Origin: a virus | Lineage: Duplodnaviria > Caudoviricetes | Reading direction: 5' to 3' (one strand) | Length of the DNA: 26,157 nt | Virus record (IMG/VR): IMGVR_UViG_3300027828_000090 | Coordinates: 1-26,157 of that record | Shown: positions 16,089 to 24,434 of the stretch, in pieces | Layout: each line of letters opens with the position of its first letter | Numbering within the stretch: position 1 is the first letter of the stretch | Notes under the pieces: generated by a model | The model's input: only the letters and a program-made list of their open reading frames with translations | Told to the model about the DNA's origin: nothing | Databases searched by the model: none | Position numbers and translations under genes: made by a program

Positions 16089-16393
16089 AGAATGCCCCGC
16101 TCCTGCGCTTTGCGTTTCGCATTGCGCGGGATCAGGGCAAATCTCTGTCTGAGTTATTCGCATCCATGTCACCGCAGGAATTTGTCCTGTGGTTTTCCTT
16201 TTACGAGTTAGAGCCGCCGAATGAAGAACTCCGGTGGTTGATAGCCGGGATGCGCTCAGACATCTGGAATGCGTCTGGAAATCTCAAGAAGGGAGTCAGG
16301 GCTAAACCTGCTGACTTCATGCCTAAACCGAAACCGAAGCCTCTGAGTCCAGAGGAGTCGGTGAACCTGCTTAAAGAGATGCTTGGTGGCTAA
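16085..16393 (+). CDS. gpT-like frameshift extension of chaperone (gpGT fusion 15723-16393)
   Basis: The -1 frame reads IENAPLLRFAFRIARDQGKSLSELFASMSPQEFVLWFSFYELEP...; the listed ORF 16166-16393 is its distal part. Confidence 0.82.
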   Translation: MENAPLLRFAFRIARDQGKSLSELFASMSPQEFVLWFSFYELEPPNEELRWLIAGMRSDIWNASGNLKKGVRAKPADFMPKPKPKPLSPEESVNLLKEMLGG

Positions 16394-18569
16394 TCTTTCA
16401 ACCCTCACAATTCAGCTTGATGGCAATAGCGCGAAACTCGTTAAAGAGTTAGCGAAGGCGCAGAAACGGACGGGGAAATTCTCCCAAAAGATGAAGCGGC
16501 AGATAAAGACTGCTGCCAAGTCTTTTGCTGTTTTGGGCGCTGCTGCGGGTGCTGCTGCCACTGCTATTGTCGCATCACAGTTGAAGTCGATTGATGCGCT
16601 TGCCAAGACATCTGACAAGCTAGGCATTACCACCAAGAACCTCGCCGGTCTTACTCAGGCCGCGAAAATAACGGGCGTTGAGCAGTCCGTGTTGAATAAG
16701 GCGCTCGTCCGTCAGCAGAAAGCGGTTGCGGATGCGAACAACGGGCTGGAAACCTATGCCCGTCAGTTCCGTGCGCTGAACATTGATACCAAAGAACTCG
16801 CAAAGCTGAATCCTGCCGAGCAGTTCAAAGTTATTGCGGATGCGCTGAACAAGGTTGAGAACCAGACGCAAAAGACTGCCATTGCTTATGACATCTTCGG
16901 TGGTCGCGCTACTGACCTGATTAACACCATGCGACTTGGTTCTGAGGGGCTGAATGCGTTTGAGGAAGAGGCGGAGTCGTTAGGGCTTGCCATTTCCCGC
17001 ATTGATGCGGCTAAAGTCGAGTCGGCGAACGATGCAATGGTGCGGGCAGGTGGCGCGGTTCAGGGCTTGGGTAACAAGCTGACCATTGCACTCGCGCCTT
17101 ACATCGAAGAAGCATCCTTGCAGTTCGTTGAAGCCATGAAGAACGGCGAGGAAATGGGTCAGGGTGTTTCTGATGCCGTAGAGTCTGCCGGTAAAGCGGT
17201 TGCGTTCGTTGCAGACGCTGTTCACGGCTTGGGCGTGGCGTTTCAGTTAGCCAATGCCATTGCGAATACTGCGGCGGCGGGGATGCTCACGGGCTTCTCG
17301 ATCACCTTCACCGCGCTGACGAGTTTGGCGGAGGGTTGGCTTAACACCTGGTCTGCCATTCTTGACGCTGCGGGCAATCTGCCTGACTCAATGGGTGGTC
17401 AGATGTTCCGCGATGCTGCTGCTGCTGCTGATGAGGCGGCGCAGGGCATCCAGAATGCTCAGGATTATGTAGACGGTCTTGCTGACTCTGTGCGTGATAA
17501 CGCTGCGGAGGCATGGACTGACCTGCACAATGCCGCGATGGAGGAGCTACCCTCTGTTGGAATTAACAAGTATTTCGACAATCTTGAAGCGCGGGCGCAA
17601 GCCGGAGCGGAGGCGATTGCTGCTGCCGCCAATGCCAATGTAAGCACGGCAGGGGGTGAGGTGCAGACTGCCCTCGCACCTCTGGATAACTCCGATTTTC
17701 AAGAGAAGCTGCAAGAGCGTCTTGCAATGCAGATTGAGCATACCCAACAGGCTCATGCTGCTGAGTTGGAAATGGACAAGGCTCTGGATGCTGCGAAGTT
17801 AGAACAGCAAGCCTTGACCGATGAGACTCTGATTGCAATGGCAACGGAGTACGCCACTCAAAAGGTCATGGCAGAGTGGGAAGCGAAGCAAGCCGCACTG
17901 GGTGAAACGGGTCAGCCGCTGTCCGAAGAGGACAAGGTGGCGCGTCAGGCCGAGATTGAAGAACAGTCTTTAGCTATTGCCGCAGACATGGCAAACCGCA
18001 GAGCGAAGATTGAAGCGGACAAGGCCAAAGCAATTCAGAAGTATGACCTCGCCACTATGAAGGGCAAGGTGAACACACTCAATGCGACTGCAAACGTCAT
18101 GGCGGCATTCGGCAAGAAGTCAGAGAAACTTCAGAAGATTGCAAGCATGGCGAACCAAGCCATTGCGCTCAAGGATGCGGTGGTAAATACCGCGAAGGGC
18201 GTGACCAATGCCCTCGCAAGTATGCCTTACCCGGCTAACCTCGCTGCTGCTGCGTCTGTTGCTATCGCGGGTGCTGTTCAGATCGGCACGATTGCGGGCG
18301 CGGGTTACGGTGGCGGCTCTGGTGGTGGTTATTCCGGTGGTGGTGCTGTTACTCCTTCCTATGCGTCCGGCAATGTTGCGGACAGTGAGGAAGTGACTCA
18401 GCGCAAGTCTGAATCAATGGTAACGGTGAATATCGCGGGCAATCTCCATGCTGACGAAGATTACCTGTGGAATCAGGTCATTCCGGGCATTCAGGAAGCG
18501 GTCAAAGAGAAAGACGTTGTTTTCATTGATGCGGACTCCCGTCAAGCAGAAGAACTGGCGTTAGCGTAA
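16386..18569 (+). CDS. tape measure protein
   Basis: Long Ala-rich helical protein starting MANLSTLTIQLDGNS; position after the chaperones (GTG 16386 or TTG 16383). Confidence 0.92.
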   Translation: MANLSTLTIQLDGNSAKLVKELAKAQKRTGKFSQKMKRQIKTAAKSFAVLGAAAGAAATAIVASQLKSIDALAKTSDKLGITTKNLAGLTQAAKITGVEQSVLNKALVRQQKAVADANNGLETYARQFRALNIDTKELAKLNPAEQFKVIADALNKVENQTQKTAIAYDIFGGRATDLINTMRLGSEGLNAFEEEAESLGLAISRIDAAKVESANDAMVRAGGAVQGLGNKLTIALAPYIEEASLQFVEAMKNGEEMGQGVSDAVESAGKAVAFVADAVHGLGVAFQLANAIANTAAAGMLTGFSITFTALTSLAEGWLNTWSAILDAAGNLPDSMGGQMFRDAAAAADEAAQGIQNAQDYVDGLADSVRDNAAEAWTDLHNAAMEELPSVGINKYFDNLEARAQAGAEAIAAAANANVSTAGGEVQTALAPLDNSDFQEKLQERLAMQIEHTQQAHAAELEMDKALDAAKLEQQALTDETLIAMATEYATQKVMAEWEAKQAALGETGQPLSEEDKVARQAEIEEQSLAIAADMANRRAKIEADKAKAIQKYDLATMKGKVNTLNATANVMAAFGKKSEKLQKIASMANQAIALKDAVVNTAKGVTNALASMPYPANLAAAASVAIAGAVQIGTIAGAGYGGGSGGGYSGGGAVTPSYASGNVADSEEVTQRKSESMVTVNIAGNLHADEDYLWNQVIPGIQEAVKEKDVVFIDADSRQAEELALA

Positions 18570-18982
18570 TGCAGATCAGATATACAGCACAAAGAAGTCT
18601 GAACACCACGGACAGTCCTGCTCATGTTGTTGATACTCAGTATACGATGACGGTCTACCTGAAGTCCTATGACCGGACTCGAAAAGCGGTAAAGACATCT
18701 GTGCGCTCATTGTCCGGCATTGAGCAGACCACCTACCAGCGGGGCGAGACTACCTATAAAGCGCAGTCTATTCCTGTTACTGGTTCGGATGTTATCAACT
18801 TCCGCGAGTTCCTTGATTCAGTCGAGGACGGTTCAAAGTTTGAGTTTGATTCCGGTGACGGTCGCGGGTTCGTTCGGGTTCAGATAGAAGGCAAGGGATA
18901 CACCGAGAAACGCGCCATTCAGAAGGGTGGTGGTGGTTCATCTGATTACTTCGCATTCGGGTGGAAGCATCGTGAGGTCTGA
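18569..18982 (+). CDS. distal tail protein-like
   Basis: 137 aa, TAATG-coupled to the tape measure gene; beta-rich; assigned by synteny. Confidence 0.65.
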   Translation: MQIRYTAQRSLNTTDSPAHVVDTQYTMTVYLKSYDRTRKAVKTSVRSLSGIEQTTYQRGETTYKAQSIPVTGSDVINFREFLDSVEDGSKFEFDSGDGRGFVRVQIEGKGYTEKRAIQKGGGGSSDYFAFGWKHREV

Positions 18983-21617
18983 TGATTGGGGGTCATTCGG
19001 GTCATACAGTTTCAGTGCAAACAGACAGCCGAAGTGCGTTGTCCGTGTGCTGTATGACGATGAGACTCTAAACTTTACGAGTCATTCCGGCCTTTCAAAT
19101 CTGTCCGGCACTACGCTGGAAGAGGTGCTTTCGGGCGTTTCATCGACCTCGCAGAAAGTGTTTCCGATGGATGGACGCACTCAGATCGGTGGCGTGACGG
19201 TCAGACTGTTGGATAACAGTTCACCTTCGACCTTTACGGACAAGGTGCGTTCACAGCTTGCCTCTGTGGACTCTCCCCCTGATGCGGGTGAGTCTCTGCG
19301 TCATAAAGAGGTGCAGGTGTGGGTCGGTTATACCGATGATTTCTCCGACTTCGTTCAGGTTGTTACGACCTATGTGAACGAGGTCAGTCTGAACAAGGGT
19401 GAGTACACGCTTGCCTGTATAGACGTTACCCGTCAGATGCGTAAGAGCATCTTTGAGCAGAAAAAGACCCGTCTAGCTGCGAACCTGTCCGACCCGGACA
19501 CCTCTCCGCAGTCAGATATTAGCGTGACCACGGTGGACGGTTTCGCAATGCTTGAGCATACGGGCGCATTTACTGATGCACCGAGTCAGACAGTGGGTTA
19601 TCTGCGCGTTGTCGATACGGGCGAGATCATCCGTTATACGGGTATTTCAGAAAGCCCGTTAGCGTTTACCGGCATCACACGTGAAGTGTTCGGCACTGTC
19701 GGGGGTGCGGTTACGGTAGATATTGCCGAGGCGGAAGATCAGTGGCCTGAATTAGAAGAGTTTGTTTACCTTGAGATGCCCGCCCCGCAGTTGGCGTATG
19801 CCGTGATTACGGGTGAGGTGTTGGGTTCAAGTCCGACAATCACTCTGCCGGAACACTGGCACATGGGTATTGACACCGCGCAGGTCGAAGCGTCCGAGTT
19901 TTCTGATATTGGTGATGACCTTTACTACGATGACGAGAGTGGGGTGATTCTCCGCTTTGAGCATCTGAAAAAGACGGACGGAAAAAAGTTCGTAGAGTCC
20001 GAGATTCATCGACTTGTGGGGACGTATTCCCCTGTAAACCGTGACGGTAAGCTAGGGTTAAGACGGATTAACCAAGTGTTGTCCGATGCTTCCCCGGTGA
20101 TTTCGCTCAATGAAGCTCACGTTGTCAATCATTCTGCCTTAAAGCACAAGCAATCTGACGTTGTAAACCAGTTCCGCATTGACTATCAGCCGAATGCTGA
20201 GAGGTATCTGCGTTCTCTGAGTCTGACCGATGCGGACTCCATCAGCCGGAATAACACGGTCAAGGAGAAGGTGCTGAAGTTCAAGGGACTGCACAATGCC
20301 CGCCACACTCAGTCAGTTATCTATTCGCTGATTAACGGTCTACAGGTGCGCTACAGAAACGCACCGGAAGAACTATCTATAGATGTCATGCCTTATCTCG
20401 ATGTACTTGAGGCCGGGGATGTTATCAAATTAACGCTTGACCACCTTCAGGACTTCTCAAGTGATGGCACGTTAAGCCGCGCCTTTGAGATTCAGAGCGT
20501 TCGTATTGATTGGATGAAGGGCAAGGTCACGTTGGGGCTGTTCGGTTCGTCCGGTGAAGAAGGCGACCCGCTATTAACTCCCCCTGCGCCTGTTCTCGCT
20601 GATGCGTTTTACACCTCAAAGGGAACGGACTTAGCCTCAATCTCACCGAGCATTGTGGACGGTTCGGGGCATATCACTGCTGACTGCACCTTAACGGGTG
20701 ACGCTGATATGACCGATGCGGGTGCGGTCTATTACTACGATGGTGATTTGACCATTGATAACGGTGTGACCGTCACCATCACTGACAATGTTCAGTTAAG
20801 GGTGAAGGGTACGCTGACGGTCAACGGTGAGGTTAACGGGGTAGGGGGCGGCATCACGGGCTCAACTTCCCACTTTGTTTCCGAGAAACTGCGCATTCGT
20901 GGTTACGTTGGTGACACTCGTGGCACTGATGGTTGGCACAGGGGCGAGAGTGGCGGCACACAGTACAAGTTCAATGTCGGGCAGTTGGGCGAAGGTTACA
21001 ACAGTTCCTTCCCTTCCCTGTCCCTGAATGCGGGTGACCAGACTGCTTCACCTATTCCGACCGATATAAGCGGCATCCCGACTGACCTCAGAGGTACGGG
21101 TGGCGGCAAGGGCGGGTCTTGCCTGAATCACAGCAATTATGCCGTGAGTGGTGACAAGCCGAAAGGTGGTGACGGTGGTGACGGTGGCGCGGGTCTGTGC
21201 GTCATTGCCCGCGCATTCAACTTTGGTGCGTCCGGTCAGATAGACCTATCCGGCACTGACGGGGATGACCCCGGCACATATTTCCATTTTGACCAGCATT
21301 ATTTCCGCGCCGGAACGGGTGGCGGCGGGGGTGCGGGTTGCGTACTTGCCCTGATTGACGGGGCTAATGCTCTGCCTGATTTATCCGGTGGCAACTTCAT
21401 TGCGAATACAGGATTAAGCGAACCCGTTACAGGGATGTTTCAGGACAATGAGGGTCACGGTGTTGGTGCATCGTGGAACGAGTATTACAACAACAGTCCG
21501 AGTAATCCGCTATTGGGTCATAACGATGGTTACCCATCCAATCCGGTCTACATCATTTCGGGTGTTGACCGTTCAGCAACCAACAGAAAAGCAATGCACA
21601 TACCGGAGTCAGCATAG
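18972..21617 (+). CDS. tail tip / baseplate hub protein with Gly-rich C-terminal region
   Basis: Large acidic protein after the distal tail gene; VVNQFRIDY and LEAGDVIKL hub-like motifs; GGGKGG, GGDGGDGG, GGGGGAG repeats. GTG 18972 is the likelier start than 18927. Confidence 0.75.
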   Translation: MRSDDWGSFGSYSFSANRQPKCVVRVLYDDETLNFTSHSGLSNLSGTTLEEVLSGVSSTSQKVFPMDGRTQIGGVTVRLLDNSSPSTFTDKVRSQLASVDSPPDAGESLRHKEVQVWVGYTDDFSDFVQVVTTYVNEVSLNKGEYTLACIDVTRQMRKSIFEQKKTRLAANLSDPDTSPQSDISVTTVDGFAMLEHTGAFTDAPSQTVGYLRVVDTGEIIRYTGISESPLAFTGITREVFGTVGGAVTVDIAEAEDQWPELEEFVYLEMPAPQLAYAVITGEVLGSSPTITLPEHWHMGIDTAQVEASEFSDIGDDLYYDDESGVILRFEHLKKTDGKKFVESEIHRLVGTYSPVNRDGKLGLRRINQVLSDASPVISLNEAHVVNHSALKHKQSDVVNQFRIDYQPNAERYLRSLSLTDADSISRNNTVKEKVLKFKGLHNARHTQSVIYSLINGLQVRYRNAPEELSIDVMPYLDVLEAGDVIKLTLDHLQDFSSDGTLSRAFEIQSVRIDWMKGKVTLGLFGSSGEEGDPLLTPPAPVLADAFYTSKGTDLASISPSIVDGSGHITADCTLTGDADMTDAGAVYYYDGDLTIDNGVTVTITDNVQLRVKGTLTVNGEVNGVGGGITGSTSHFVSEKLRIRGYVGDTRGTDGWHRGESGGTQYKFNVGQLGEGYNSSFPSLSLNAGDQTASPIPTDISGIPTDLRGTGGGKGGSCLNHSNYAVSGDKPKGGDGGDGGAGLCVIARAFNFGASGQIDLSGTDGDDPGTYFHFDQHYFRAGTGGGGGAGCVLALIDGANALPDLSGGNFIANTGLSEPVTGMFQDNEGHGVGASWNEYYNNSPSNPLLGHNDGYPSNPVYIISGVDRSATNRKAMHIPESA

Positions 21618-21886
21618 TGCCTGAACAATCGTCTAATACTTTGCTTGCTTGGCTACCTGCTGCGCTGGCGTTTATTTCGTCAGGTTGGTGGGGCATCCGT
21701 AAGGGGTTCAACTTCAATCAGCGTCTTGCGCGTGTAGAGGAAGCGATAGCGGAGGGCGAGAAAGACCGCGCCGCGTTCATGGCGGAATATAAGAAAGATC
21801 GCAAGCAGTATCAGAATGACAGCACAAAGATTGCTGTTGTTGAAGAGCGCACAAACTTAATCCTGCAAGAACTCCGCAGACGATGA
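21617..21886 (+). CDS. holin-like protein (N-terminal TM + coiled coil)
   Basis: GGAG SD; LLAWLPAALAFISSGWWGI followed by a charged heptad region; directly upstream of the putative endolysin. Confidence 0.55.
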   Translation: MPEQSSNTLLAWLPAALAFISSGWWGIRKGFNFNQRLARVEEAIAEGEKDRAAFMAEYKKDRKQYQNDSTKIAVVEERTNLILQELRRR

Positions 21887-22350
21887 ACTTAGAGTTAATC
21901 CGATATGCCTACCATCACACTGTGACGCTAGGCGGCTTGAGGGTGGGCGAGAAAGCATTTTTCACTCTGGAACGTCCGTGGATTAAGCACAGTGAGAAGG
22001 GTGGTCTGCCGTTCAAGTCCTGTGTGCCTGACGGTACTTATGACCTCATCCCATTCACTCGCGCCAACGGTGACGAGGTTTATGCCTTAGCCAATGCGGA
22101 ACTGGGTGTATGGGTTCGCAAAGAGGACAGGCCGAACGATTGGGGGCGTTACGAGATACTCATTCACCCGGCGAACTGGGCCTCACAACTGGGCGGCTGT
22201 ATCGCTCCCGGCTTGCACTATAAGATTGACCAGTACGGGCGGCACATGGTTACTAATTCCCGCGCTGCCATGAATGAGATCATGGAGGAGTTGAAAGGAC
22301 TCCCCGGCAACACGTTGACCATCCGCCACATCAGAGGGACGGGTGAGTGA
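21883..22350 (+). CDS. DUF5675-like putative endolysin (L,D-transpeptidase-like His/Cys motif)
   Basis: FTLERPW, SCVPDGTY, ILIHPAN...LGGCIAPG, NSRAAM. Confidence 0.72.
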   Translation: MNLELIRYAYHHTVTLGGLRVGEKAFFTLERPWIKHSEKGGLPFKSCVPDGTYDLIPFTRANGDEVYALANAELGVWVRKEDRPNDWGRYEILIHPANWASQLGGCIAPGLHYKIDQYGRHMVTNSRAAMNEIMEELKGLPGNTLTIRHIRGTGE

Positions 22351-22640
22351 GAGTTATCCCGAAACAGTTTGACCTGTTCGGGCAACGCATCACGGTAGAG
22401 ACTCAGAAGAACTTTGCCCGTGAGCAAGGATGCTTGGGTAAGTGGCATCCGTATCAGCTAAAGATTGTCCTGCAAGAGCCAGACGAAGAACACGCGCAGA
22501 GCGTCATTCTTCAGACCTTCTGGCATGAAGCCATCCACGCTTGTTTAGACCTTTTAGGTCACACAGACCTGTCAGAAAACGAGGTCTTAGTGGAGCAGTT
22601 AGGGCAAGCCATTTTCCAAGTGCTGAAAACCAAGAGGTAG
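22347..22640 (+). CDS. small zincin-like metallopeptidase (HExxH)
   Basis: TFWHEAIHACL...NEVLVE. Confidence 0.75.
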   Translation: MRVIPKQFDLFGQRITVETQKNFAREQGCLGKWHPYQLKIVLQEPDEEHAQSVILQTFWHEAIHACLDLLGHTDLSENEVLVEQLGQAIFQVLKTKR

Positions 22641-22641
22641 T

Positions 22642-23796
22642 ATGGACTATCAAGGGTTGCTCCCGTTCTGTCGCAGCGATGCACAGCGGGAGGTTATAGA
22701 GGCTTGCCTGGAATATGGGACGCAGAAGAAAGCGGCTCAGGTTCTAGGCAAGAATAAGAGAGGCGTGGAGCGCATATTGCAGCGGGTGAAGCAGTATGCC
22801 GCGACTCAGGGTTATAGCCCTGACCACGACATGACCCGCACTGCTCCTGCCGGATATGGCGTAAAGGGTGTTTCAACGCTCTATAACGCGGATGGCGAGG
22901 TAGCAGCGCAATGGGTTAAGACCACGCAAGACGGCCAGCGCCTTGAGTTATTGCGCGATGCTGCCTGTGGGGTGTTTGAGGACATTAAGCCACTCCCGAA
23001 GGTCAAAGCGCCGAAACGGTGCAACAAAGACCTGCTGGCTATCTACCCGATGGGTGACCCGCACTTAGGTATGTACGCATGGGGCGAGGAAGCAGGGGAG
23101 GATTTCGATTTAGAAACCTGCTCCCGTGACTTGCTTGCTGCTGTAGATCGTCTGGTTGATGTAGCGCCTCCCGCAGAGGTCGCAATAATCCTGAACTTGG
23201 GTGACTTCTTCCATTCCGACACGATGGATAACAAGACGCGCCGGAGCGGGAATGTCCTTGACGTTGATACCCGTTGGGCGAAGGTCTTAGAAACAGGGCT
23301 TGAGGTAATGGTGCGGTGTATAAGACGCGCACTAGAGAAGCACAAGCGCGTTATTGTTCGCAACAACATCGGCAACCACGATGAGCATACAAGCCTGATG
23401 CTCTCCATTGCCCTGCGCTCTTATTTCAAGGACAACAGCAGGGTTGAGATTGACGCAAGCCCTAACCCGTTCTGGTACTTCCGGCACGGCAAGTGCTTGC
23501 TTGGTTCGACTCACGGCGATAGAACAAAACCCGCTGCACTGCCTGAGATTATGGCGGCAGACAGAGGCAAGGATTGGGGCGAAACGCTATACCATTTTTG
23601 GTATACGGGACACATCCACCACCAGAGCAAGCATGAGTTCAGGGCTTGCACGGTTGAGTCATTTCGGACTCTGGCAAGTTCAGACGCATGGCATCACGGT
23701 CAGGGCTATCGCTCAGGCCGAGATATGCGCTGCATTGTGCATCACGGTGAACATGGTGAGGTAGAGAGTCACCGAGTGGGGATTGAATCGCTATGA
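22642..23796 (+). CDS. calcineurin-like metallophosphoesterase with N-terminal HTH
   Basis: GDPHLG, LGDFFHSD, GNHD, THGD, GHIHH; N-terminal GTQKKAAQVLGKNKRGVERIL. Confidence 0.85.
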   Translation: MDYQGLLPFCRSDAQREVIEACLEYGTQKKAAQVLGKNKRGVERILQRVKQYAATQGYSPDHDMTRTAPAGYGVKGVSTLYNADGEVAAQWVKTTQDGQRLELLRDAACGVFEDIKPLPKVKAPKRCNKDLLAIYPMGDPHLGMYAWGEEAGEDFDLETCSRDLLAAVDRLVDVAPPAEVAIILNLGDFFHSDTMDNKTRRSGNVLDVDTRWAKVLETGLEVMVRCIRRALEKHKRVIVRNNIGNHDEHTSLMLSIALRSYFKDNSRVEIDASPNPFWYFRHGKCLLGSTHGDRTKPAALPEIMAADRGKDWGETLYHFWYTGHIHHQSKHEFRACTVESFRTLASSDAWHHGQGYRSGRDMRCIVHHGEHGEVESHRVGIESL

Positions 23797-24002
23797 GCGC
23801 ACTCGACAAGCAGGAAGGTGGCGAACACTACAAGACCGCCATTCAGCCCATTCAATTCATTCACGCAAACAAGCTCCCATTCATTGAAGGGAATGTTGTT
23901 AAGTACGTCACGCGCCACAGGAACAAGAACGGACGCGAGGACATCGAGAAGGCCATTCATTATCTAGAACTCTTATTGGAGTTGGAATATGGACAAGGAT
24001 GA
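23793..24002 (+). CDS. DUF3310 / SaV-like protein
   Basis: QEGGEHYK..IQPIQFI....F.EGNVVKYVTR...KNG.EDIEKAIHYL. Confidence 0.88.
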   Translation: MSALDKQEGGEHYKTAIQPIQFIHANKLPFIEGNVVKYVTRHRNKNGREDIEKAIHYLELLLELEYGQG

Positions 24003-24204
24003 ATACAAAGCATTTCAGCAAAAACTAGACGAGAAGGACAGGGAAAAGCGGCAGGTGATTTCGTATTACCAAGACACGCTCGACCTGCTCCGCATTGAAG
24101 TCGCAGACCTGATTGAAGAAAACAGGGCGCTGAAAGGTCAGTTACAGATTTTAAGCAATGACAAAGACTTTGGGCTTGTCATTGAAACAACCACCATCAA
24201 TTAG
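23989..24204 (+). CDS. hypothetical coiled-coil protein
   Basis: GGAG SD; LRIEVADLIEENRALKGQL. Confidence 0.65.
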   Translation: MDKDEYKAFQQKLDEKDREKRQVISYYQDTLDLLRIEVADLIEENRALKGQLQILSNDKDFGLVIETTTIN

Positions 24205-24212
24205 GAATCACT

Positions 24213-24434
24213 ATGGGTTATAAGCATGGCGGGGCGATTACCCCGGACGATAACAATGACACCGGATCATATGACGCAATCTTTGTCGGAGTTGGCGGCG
24301 ATATTGAAGTAATCACCGACTCAGGCAAAACCATCCTATTTAAGAATTGTGCTACGGGCGCGATTCTGGACGTATCGCATACACGCGTACTCGATACAAA
24401 CACAACTGCCACCGATCTGATTGGACTTGAATAA
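24213..24434 (+). CDS. head spike base protein (RcGTA Rcc01079-like)
   Basis: AITPDD..D...AIFVGVGGDI.V......F.N...G.IL.V...RVL.T.TTATDLIGL pattern; AGGA SD. Confidence 0.72.
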   Translation: MGYKHGGAITPDDNNDTGSYDAIFVGVGGDIEVITDSGKTILFKNCATGAILDVSHTRVLDTNTTATDLIGLE

